Shown here: positions 34,270 to 41,178 of the stretch, one piece after another
Layout of the letters: every line of letters begins with the position of its first letter
How positions within the stretch are numbered: position 1 is the first letter of the stretch
IMG/VR virus record: IMGVR_UViG_3300038393_000726
Location: 1 to 41,178 of that record
Direction: 5' to 3' (one strand)
Source: a virus
Lineage: Duplodnaviria > Caudoviricetes
DNA length: 41,178 bases
The notes under the pieces: generated by a model
Told to the model about the DNA's origin: nothing
Seen by the model: the letters and a program-made list of their open reading frames with translations, nothing else
Database searches by the model: none
Translations under genes and position numbers: made by a program

Positions 34270-34985
34270 CCACAGCGCTCGACCTCATCACCGGAGCCAT
34301 GGACGATGCCGGCATTATCGGCGTTGGCCAGACTCCGTTGGCAGAGGACACCAACAAGGCCCTGACGCGCCTCAATGCGATGATCGCACAATGGTCGCGC
34401 CGTCGCTGGCTTGTCTATCATCTGGTTGACGTCGTGTTCACCGGGACAGGTGCGCTTTCCTATTCGATCGGGCCTGGCGGTGATATCAACGCCAATCGCC
34501 CGGACCGGATCGAGTCCGGCTATTTTCGCCAGCTTGCCGGCGTTCCCGGGAACAATGTCGATTATCCCCTGTACATTCTCCAGTCGCGTGAGGACTACAA
34601 CCAGATCATCCTGAAGACCATGACCTCGGTCCCGGCCTATGTCTTCTACGATTCCGCCTTCCCGCTGGGCAACATCTACATCTGGCCGGTTCCGAACCAG
34701 ACCTATGAGATGCACCTTTCGGTGAAGCCGGCACTGCAAAGCTTCCCGACGCTTGATACGGTGTTCAATCTCCCGCCCGAATACGAGGAGTGCATCCGGC
34801 TCAATCTGGCGGTGCGTCTTCGCGTGGCCTACCAGCTTGGCCCGGATGCTGGGCTGATTGGACTGGCCAAGGTTGCGCTGAACACGATCAAGAACACCAA
34901 CGCGCAGATCCCGCTTCTGCAGATGCCCGGCGACCTCGTGCGTGGCGGCGGTACCTACAACATTTTTGCTGATAGCACGTACTAA
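34266..34985 (+). CDS. Head-to-tail adaptor (P22 gp4-like)
   Basis: TALDLITGAM...G..G.GQ, ALTRLNAMIAQW and NLAVRL; position. Confidence 0.8.
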   Translation: MTTALDLITGAMDDAGIIGVGQTPLAEDTNKALTRLNAMIAQWSRRRWLVYHLVDVVFTGTGALSYSIGPGGDINANRPDRIESGYFRQLAGVPGNNVDYPLYILQSREDYNQIILKTMTSVPAYVFYDSAFPLGNIYIWPVPNQTYEMHLSVKPALQSFPTLDTVFNLPPEYEECIRLNLAVRLRVAYQLGPDAGLIGLAKVALNTIKNTNAQIPLLQMPGDLVRGGGTYNIFADSTY

Positions 34986-36949
34986 TGCGCGTTCCTCTCC
35001 TCGGCGGTGCATATCAAGCTAGGAACCTCATCGCTGGTGCGCAGCGCTGCGTCAATTTGTACCCAGAGCTCAACCCCGCTGAAGGCTCGCCGCCGGTCCC
35101 CGTCACGCACTATCTGACGCCCGGCCTTCGCCAAGTCTCCCAAGCGCCGATTGTAGGCCGCTACAGGGCACTTTATCGCGCGACCAATGGTGACCTGTAT
35201 GCGGTCATCAACTCGTCGGTCTATTACATCAATGCCGATTATGTATGGACCCTTTTGGGATCGATCACCTTCGGCACCAACACCGTTAACCTCTCCGATA
35301 ACGGCCTGGTCATTGTCATCGTTGACGGTACGGCGACAGGCTACGCCATCGATATGGCGACCCGAGCATTCGGGACGATCACCGACCCATCGTTCTATGG
35401 TGCAACCAGCGTCGATTATCTCGACACCTATTTCATCTTCAACCGCCCGAACACCGCACAGTTCTACATTTCCCTGTCGCTTGTGACCTTCAACATGCTG
35501 ACGGGAACGCACGGAGCTATCTATCAGGGCTCCATCGTCAAGGGCGGGGCAGGATACACAGACGGCACCTATACGAATGTTCCCCTTGCCGGCGGAACGG
35601 GAACTGGAGCGACGGCAAACCTGACGGTATCTGGCGGCGTCATCACGGTGGCGACCATCAACAACGCCGGCACAGGCTACGCCAATAACGACACGCTCAC
35701 TATCACTTCGACCACTCCGGGAACGCCCGGAGCCATCCAGTCTGGGTCGATCGCGACGGCTGGCTCCTCCTACACGAACGGCACCTATACCGCTGTTCCA
35801 TTGACGGGGGGCACGGGCACGGGCGCGCAGGCGACCATCGTCATTTCCGGCGGCGTTGTGACCACGGTCACGATTACCGCCAGAGGGTCAGGGTACGTCA
35901 AGAACGACACGCTGTCTTGCGCGGCGTCGTCGGTTGGCGGCACCGGTTCCGGTTTCTCATGGCTCGTGACACTGGTCACCGGAGGCTTTGTCTACACCGT
36001 GGATTTTGTCCATGGCTACGCCTTCGACCCGCTCGATATCGCGGGGAAAACGGGCGCGGCCGACAATATCCAATGCCTCGCCGCAATCCATGGCGAGCTG
36101 TGGCTGGTCGGAGAACTGACATCCGAGATCTGGGCCAATACCGGGGCGGCAGATTTCACATTCGGGCGAATCCAGGGTGCGTTCATCAATCACGGCTGCG
36201 TCGCCCCATATTCTCTTTCGCAGCAGGACGTTTCTCTGTTCTGGCTGACTCAGGACAGGCAGGGCAATGCAATCGTGGCGATGAGTTCCGGCTATGCCGT
36301 CGAGCGCGTCTCCACCCATGCCATCGAACAGGAATTCCAGTCCTACTCCAAGATTGACGATGCGATCGGCTATTGCCACCAGATCGAGGGGCACGCCTTC
36401 TACATCCTGACCTTCCCGACCGCGAACAGGACATGGGCCTACGAACTTTCCACGAAACAGTGGCATGAGCGCGGTTCCCTGGACGGCAACGGCATCCTAA
36501 ACCGTCACAGAGGAAACGCCTTCGCCTTCGCCTATGGCGAGGGTCATGTGGGCGATTTCCAGAACGGCGCGCTCTACGTCTTCGACCAGGATTATTATTT
36601 TGACGGCACGACCCCGATCCCGAGGATCAGGACGTTCCCGCACCTCGTCGGCGAAGACAGCAACCGCGTCGAATACATCCGTTTCGTGGCGGATATGGAA
36701 GTCGGTCAATCGCTTGGAACGACCCTTGATGACCCGCCGAAGATATCCCTTCGTTGGAGCGACAATCGAGGTGCAACATATGGCAACCCCGTTCTCAGGT
36801 CGATGGGAGCCACCGGTCAATACCTGATTTCGCCTCAGTGGCGAAAGCTTGGGATGGCTCGCGATCGCGTGTTTGAGATATCCTGGTCTGAGCCCGTTCG
36901 TACAGCTTTGAACGGCGCCTGGGTCGAAATCAGGAAATCGGCTTCCTGA
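34985..36949 (+). CDS. Tail hub / packaged-DNA stabilization protein (P22 gp10-like) with repeat insertion
   Basis: QRCVNLYPE, TSEIWANTG, VSTHAIE, GHAFYILTFP and WRKLGMARDRVFEI. Confidence 0.88.
   Translation: MRVPLLGGAYQARNLIAGAQRCVNLYPELNPAEGSPPVPVTHYLTPGLRQVSQAPIVGRYRALYRATNGDLYAVINSSVYYINADYVWTLLGSITFGTNTVNLSDNGLVIVIVDGTATGYAIDMATRAFGTITDPSFYGATSVDYLDTYFIFNRPNTAQFYISLSLVTFNMLTGTHGAIYQGSIVKGGAGYTDGTYTNVPLAGGTGTGATANLTVSGGVITVATINNAGTGYANNDTLTITSTTPGTPGAIQSGSIATAGSSYTNGTYTAVPLTGGTGTGAQATIVISGGVVTTVTITARGSGYVKNDTLSCAASSVGGTGSGFSWLVTLVTGGFVYTVDFVHGYAFDPLDIAGKTGAADNIQCLAAIHGELWLVGELTSEIWANTGAADFTFGRIQGAFINHGCVAPYSLSQQDVSLFWLTQDRQGNAIVAMSSGYAVERVSTHAIEQEFQSYSKIDDAIGYCHQIEGHAFYILTFPTANRTWAYELSTKQWHERGSLDGNGILNRHRGNAFAFAYGEGHVGDFQNGALYVFDQDYYFDGTTPIPRIRTFPHLVGEDSNRVEYIRFVADMEVGQSLGTTLDDPPKISLRWSDNRGATYGNPVLRSMGATGQYLISPQWRKLGMARDRVFEISWSEPVRTALNGAWVEIRKSAS
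35513..35944 (+). repeat. Two 72-codon in-frame repeats within the gp10-like gene
   Basis: GAIYQGSI..GYTDGTYTNVPLAGGTGTGATA..GTGYANNDTL versus GAIQSGSI..SYTNGTYTAVPLTGGTGTGAQA..GSGYVKNDTL; starts at 35513 and 35729. Confidence 0.85.
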
Positions 36950-37458
36950 TGGCAACCGATAAATCGCAACCGGGCACGCCGATTGTTCCATCTTCCGGCG
37001 AGCCGATCGTCGTCAACGGGAGTTACGTCGCTCCGGTATGGATGCGGTTCTTCAATAACCTCGTCTCGACCGCAGGGGGATTGCCGGGGCAAGTCGGCGT
37101 CACGGTACAGCCATACGACCCGCAACTTTCATCGCTGATCCGGCAAAACAGCCAGAGCGCGAATTACACGCTCCAACTGACGGATATCGGCTACCAAATC
37201 TACCATCCATCAACGGACACCGCAGCCCGTACATGGACAATCCCGGCAAATTCGGCCGTGGCCTTTCCAATTGGCGCCCCTGTGACTTTTGTCAATGATA
37301 CCGGTGCCGGCCCCATAACCATTGCGATCAACAGCGACACGCTTGTTCTTGCCGGCGTGGGGTCTACTGGCAGCAGGACACTCGCGGCCGATGGCAATGC
37401 GACGGCTCTCAAGATCGGCACAACCCGCTGGCAGATTAGCGGAAGCGGCCTGACATGA
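36949..37458 (+). CDS. Tail needle-position protein with C-terminal beta domain
   Basis: N-terminal P..W.RFF..L motif; QSANYTLQLTD..TIPANSAVAFPIG tail-type domain. Confidence 0.7.
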   Translation: MATDKSQPGTPIVPSSGEPIVVNGSYVAPVWMRFFNNLVSTAGGLPGQVGVTVQPYDPQLSSLIRQNSQSANYTLQLTDIGYQIYHPSTDTAARTWTIPANSAVAFPIGAPVTFVNDTGAGPITIAINSDTLVLAGVGSTGSRTLAADGNATALKIGTTRWQISGSGLT

Positions 37459-38138
37459 GTTCTGCCGGGCAGCAGGCGCTTTTGATGGCTGGCGCGTCTG
37501 CGGCGACACTCACATTCCAAGGAGCGACAAGTTTCCCCAGCACGGGGCAGACGGTAACGTTCACCGCCGTTCCGATCGGCGACGCGGCCAGTGGGCGATA
37601 TGTCTTTGTGGCGATACCATACATCTTGGGCGGTAGCACAAACATCTCCATTGACTCGGTGACGATCGGCGGTGTTACCGCAACGATCCACGCGCAGATA
37701 TTCGAGCCTCCGGAAGTCGCGGTTGGTGGAGTTGCATTGGTTTCGGCGCCTGTGCCCATGGGCACGACCGCCGATATCGTTGTGACGTGGCCAGCGTCCG
37801 CCGTTGTTCATGAGCCAGAAATAGCAGTTTATCGCGCGACCGGACTGCGGTCATTGACGCCAGTCGATATCAAGGCGCTCGCGCCAGTATCCACCACGGT
37901 CTCGGCGACCGTGAATGTCGTGAAGGGCGGCATAGTCATCGTCTGCTTCCACACCTACTCCAGTGGAGCGACTTCCAGAACAATGACCGGGTTGCCAACC
38001 GACTACACGGTCAACCCGACCTCTGGTCGCTTCTATTTGGGGGGCGGGGAACAAACCTCCGCCGATGGAACCGTAACCGCCGTCGTGAATAGCACCACGA
38101 GCCAGGTCTGGAGCGCGGTCATGGCGTCGTTTCGATAG
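37455..38138 (+). CDS. Putative tail tip / receptor-binding protein
   Basis: Beta-rich, SVTIGGVTAT motif, atypical codon usage. Confidence 0.55.
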   Translation: MSSAGQQALLMAGASAATLTFQGATSFPSTGQTVTFTAVPIGDAASGRYVFVAIPYILGGSTNISIDSVTIGGVTATIHAQIFEPPEVAVGGVALVSAPVPMGTTADIVVTWPASAVVHEPEIAVYRATGLRSLTPVDIKALAPVSTTVSATVNVVKGGIVIVCFHTYSSGATSRTMTGLPTDYTVNPTSGRFYLGGGEQTSADGTVTAVVNSTTSQVWSAVMASFR

Positions 38139-38145
38139 GAACCTC

Positions 38146-38703
38146 ATGAAGTATTTCCAGCATCTCGCGGCAGGCATCAACGTCACGCCGCTCCTCAATG
38201 CGTTGCAGCGCCAGCCCGAGCTTTGGAACCAGCATCCGATCAGGACGAAGCATCCTGGAACAGCTCATGCGGACGTGAGCGACATTTTGCTGAGATTTAA
38301 TGACTACTCCGAATTCGAGCGCACTGGCGACCCGACCACGGTAACCGACGACAAGGAGTGCATCGCGTTTCCGGCTTGGGAGAAGCTACCGCAGATCAGG
38401 CCCATCATCTTCGATCTGATGCGCACGGTGGAAGCGACGAGGCTCGGTCGCGTCATCATCACGAAACTGCCGCCGGGCAAGACCATCACGCCCCATGTCG
38501 ATGGCGGGGCGCCGGCAACCTACTATGAGCGATTCATGGTGGCCCTTCATTGTCTTCCCGGTGCGGTTTTCCACATCGGAGACGAAAGCGTCAATTTCCG
38601 TTCCGGGGATGTCTGGCACATCAACAACAAGGTCGAACATTCGGTGGTGAACAACAGCGCCGACGATCGCATTGTCTGCATTATCGATCTGAGGTGCGCA
38701 TGA
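38146..38703 (+). CDS. Aspartyl/asparaginyl beta-hydroxylase-like 2OG-Fe(II) oxygenase
   Basis: LPPGKTITPHVD (HxD), EHSVVN (distal His), DRIVCIID (2OG-binding Arg). Confidence 0.88.
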   Translation: MKYFQHLAAGINVTPLLNALQRQPELWNQHPIRTKHPGTAHADVSDILLRFNDYSEFERTGDPTTVTDDKECIAFPAWEKLPQIRPIIFDLMRTVEATRLGRVIITKLPPGKTITPHVDGGAPATYYERFMVALHCLPGAVFHIGDESVNFRSGDVWHINNKVEHSVVNNSADDRIVCIIDLRCA

Positions 38704-39170
38704 TTTCCGCTCAGATCGAGGTGCTGGACGCCGAAACGCTCAACGAGGCCAAGCCGCTACTTCCGAACCATTATGATGAGCTTTCGGAGCACAAGCAGGC
38801 CGGCATCCCGCTCGATCCTCAGTTCGATCTCTATCTTGCTCGTTCTGCCGCCGGCCAGGTCATCTATGTGACGCTCAGGGAGCGCGGCGCGCTTATCGGG
38901 TATCTCGTGTCGTTCGTGGCACCTGGAATGCACTACCGAGGCTGCCTGACCTGTACGACGGACATTTTCTACGTCACGCCGGACCTTCGCGGCCTCCACG
39001 GCGGCGCGCTGCTCTTCGATGCGTGGAAGAAGGAATGCTCCCGGCGCGGCGTCAAGCTGATGCAGATCGGCATCAAGACGCGCCATGCGAAATATGCCGG
39101 CCCCCTGCTTGAGGCGGCGGGTTTCCAGGCCACGGAACTGATGTTCTGGCAATTTTTGGACAAGGAATAA
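38700..39170 (+). CDS. GNAT-family acetyltransferase
   Basis: DIFYVTPDLRGLHGGALLF motif A; ATGA coupling. Confidence 0.8.
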   Translation: MISAQIEVLDAETLNEAKPLLPNHYDELSEHKQAGIPLDPQFDLYLARSAAGQVIYVTLRERGALIGYLVSFVAPGMHYRGCLTCTTDIFYVTPDLRGLHGGALLFDAWKKECSRRGVKLMQIGIKTRHAKYAGPLLEAAGFQATELMFWQFLDKE

Positions 39171-39175
39171 AACCA

Positions 39176-39808
39176 ATGGTTGCAACCGCCATCATCGGGA
39201 GCGCTGTGGTTGGTGCTGGCGCGTCTCTTGCGGGCGCCGATGCTCAGGCAAGCGCCACGAAGAATGCATCCGCCCAGCAGATGGCCATGTACCAGCAGAC
39301 CCGCAAGGATTTGCAGCCCTACCAGCAGTTCGGTCAGGTCGGCGCCAATATGCTTCAGGGCCAGCTTCCAAGCCTCACTGCGCCGATCACAATGGACGAG
39401 GCGACGCTTCGCAATACGCCCGGTTACCAGTTCAATCTCAACCAGGGCTTGAAGTCAGTGCAGAACGGCGCGGCGGCGAGGGGGCTTGGCGTCTCCGGCG
39501 CAGCCATGAAGGGTGCGGCTTCCTACGCTACCGGTCTGGCGGATTCGACCTATCAGAATCAGTTCAATAACGCCAACACGAACACCACCAACGCCTACAA
39601 CCGCCTGATGGGCGTCTCCCAGCTTGGTGAGAACGCGGCGGCCCAGACGGGGGCCTATGGCACGCAGACGGCACAGTCGATCGGTAACAACACCATCCAG
39701 GGTGGCAATGCCACGGCAGCGGGCTATCTGGGCGCGGCTAATGCGTTGACGAATGGCGTCAATTCGTATGCCCAATACTCAGCGCTGAAAAATGGTCTTT
39801 ATAGCTAG
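39176..39808 (+). CDS. DNA ejection protein (P22 gp7-like)
   Basis: Gly/Ala-rich N-terminus, TRKDLQPY, TPGYQF..QG and AAARGLG.SGA motifs. Confidence 0.85.
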   Translation: MVATAIIGSAVVGAGASLAGADAQASATKNASAQQMAMYQQTRKDLQPYQQFGQVGANMLQGQLPSLTAPITMDEATLRNTPGYQFNLNQGLKSVQNGAAARGLGVSGAAMKGAASYATGLADSTYQNQFNNANTNTTNAYNRLMGVSQLGENAAAQTGAYGTQTAQSIGNNTIQGGNATAAGYLGAANALTNGVNSYAQYSALKNGLYS

Positions 39809-39821
39809 GCCCGGCCGGAAT

Positions 39822-39950
39822 CTGTGAAACTTGAGCGTAGGTTAGCGCAGCCATCTTGACCTCCTGACAGGTTGGGCTGGTTAGAGCGCGTCGTCGGCCG
39901 GCAAGCCTTCGGCGCGTTCGTTTTTATATCATTATCGCGGTCTAGCCGCA
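39822..39950 (-). pseudogene. Remnant of a deleted homing-endonuclease-type gene: promoter, hairpin leader, SD and first codons
   Basis: TTGCGG-N17-TATAAA, hairpin, AGGAGG, ATG at 39854, MAALTYAQVSQ then no protein-like continuation. Confidence 0.5.
39884..39925 (+). terminator. Terminator-like hairpin
   Basis: GAGCGCGTCG...CGGCGCGTTC followed by TTTTT. Confidence 0.5.
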
Positions 39951-39962
39951 AAGGGTGAGCCA

Positions 39963-41178
39963 ATGGCTGACGGAACCGTAAACACCGACATTTATCCCAA
40001 AGCCAACCCCATCAATCCGCTTGAGATTGCGGGGCAGGCGGCGCAGTACCGCAACCTCCTGATCCAAAATCAGCGCCAACAGGTTGGCCTCTCGCAGGAC
40101 AAGATCAATCTCGCCCATCAGCAGTACGGCCAGCTTTCGCAGTTTCTTGGCTCGCTTGCTCAGGATCCGCGCATGGCCACCAATCAGGGGCCGGCGCTTC
40201 TTCACCAAGCCACACAGCAGGCCGTGCAGCAGGGATGGATTACGCCGGACATCGCTAATGTCGAATTGGCAAACATGCCGACCGATCCGACACAGATCCC
40301 TCAGTACCTCCAGAGCCTGAACACCCGCGTCCAGGATGCCGCCGGGCAGTTTGCAAAAATCTACGGCGAGCCGTCCACGATCAACAATGGCAATACGATT
40401 GTTCCGGTCACGGCAAGCCCGTTGACGGGCATCCGTCGCATCGGCGCGGATATCCCTGTCCAGACTTCGCCGTCCGAACGGCTGACGCTTGTCCCCGGTA
40501 CGAATGCTCAGGGCCAGCCAACGGTTACGCCAGCCGGCGTCATTGCGCAGCAGGCCGGCATGAACCCGCTCACGGGCGTTCCCGCAACGGCCCCTAACCA
40601 GCCCGTCAATCAGCTTCAGCCATATCCACAGGGGCAGGCACCGGTTCCGGCTGCTCAGGGCGGTAGCGTTGTCACTGGCGTATCTCCGGGTGCGCTGGAG
40701 GCTAATAAGGCAACTGGTACGGCGAGCGGCCAGCAATTGGCGGCCGATACCGCCCAAGAGGCTAATTTCCAGTCGGATATCTTGCCTCTCCAGAAAGCCA
40801 GGGACGCACTTATTTCCTTGGGAACGACAGGCACTGGTCCGGGGACGGAGCAGATCAACGAAATCAAATCGTTTGCCCAATCCATGGGGCTGGGGACGCT
40901 CGCCGGCATCGACCCTGACAAGATCAAGAATTTCGACGAGGCCAAAAAATATCTGACGCAATACGCCTCGCAGGCCGGGAGCCCGAACACCAACGACAAA
41001 CTGGCAGCGGCCTTCGCTGGAAATCCAAGTGTCGGCATTTCCAATGCGGCGTCGGTCGATGTGCTCAAAACCGCCATGTCGTTGCGCCGAATGCAGAATG
41101 CCAAAGTGCGCGCTTTCCAGGCTTCTGGAGAACAGCCGAGCGTCTACAACCAATGGGCCGCGAAATTCAATTCGAGCC
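39963..41178 (+). CDS. DNA ejection protein (P22 gp20 position), 3' truncated by window edge
   Basis: ATG 39963 (MADGTVNTDIYPK...), Gln/Ala/Gly-rich frame that appears open to the window end; follows gp7-like gene; absent from the ORF track as it has no stop. Confidence 0.8.
   Translation, partial: MADGTVNTDIYPKANPINPLEIAGQAAQYRNLLIQNQRQQVGLSQDKINLAHQQYGQLSQFLGSLAQDPRMATNQGPALLHQATQQAVQQGWITPDIANVELANMPTDPTQIPQYLQSLNTRVQDAAGQFAKIYGEPSTINNGNTIVPVTASPLTGIRRIGADIPVQTSPSERLTLVPGTNAQGQPTVTPAGVIAQQAGMNPLTGVPATAPNQPVNQLQPYPQGQAPVPAAQGGSVVTGVSPGALEANKATGTASGQQLAADTAQEANFQSDILPLQKARDALISLGTTGTGPGTEQINEIKSFAQSMGLGTLAGIDPDKIKNFDEAKKYLTQYASQAGSPNTNDKLAAAFAGNPSVGISNAASVDVLKTAMSLRRMQNAKVRAFQASGEQPSVYNQWAAKFNSS

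Noticed and set aside
39942-41153. 403-aa minus-strand ORF
   Set aside because: Shadow of the plus-strand ejection gene from 39963, which the ORF track missed because it has no stop in the window.

Overview
The window is most of the genome of a temperate, P22-like (podovirus-type) phage. An alphaproteobacterial, probably rhizobial, host is inferred from the GcrA-like gene, high GC and the tRNA fragment. It appears to be the excised or virion form, because a tRNA-Arg(TCT) 3' fragment with arm-type repeats on both sides (attP, about 4067-4114) has phage genes on both flanks. Left to right: (1) end of a rightward operon with a MotA/TolQ-like membrane module that seems interrupted by an IS-like end, plus a metallophosphoesterase; (2) attP and tyrosine integrase; (3) leftward early operon (HNH, NinB, YqaJ exonuclease, exonuclease X, ERF); (4) a lambda-like cI/cro switch with five 15-bp operators; (5) rightward early and replication genes (GcrA-like, HNH-AP2, RusA, adenine MTase, short replication protein, DnaA-C-like, NusG-like); (6) late operon (putative decoration/spike proteins, TerS, TerL, portal, scaffold, coat, adaptor, gp10-like hub, tail proteins, 2OG-Fe(II) hydroxylase, GNAT, ejection proteins), truncated at the right edge. 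Most notable: a class-3 (Pro1, W-C-T) LAGLIDADG intein in the portal; tandem H-type pseudoknots ahead of both the scaffold and coat genes; a promoter-driven structured non-coding region beside the left operators; the four-gene MotA-like module; an AT-rich moron; a recoded coat 3' end next to a homing endonuclease; and the remnant of a deleted endonuclease gene. All family assignments are from motif recognition by eye; no database searches were run.
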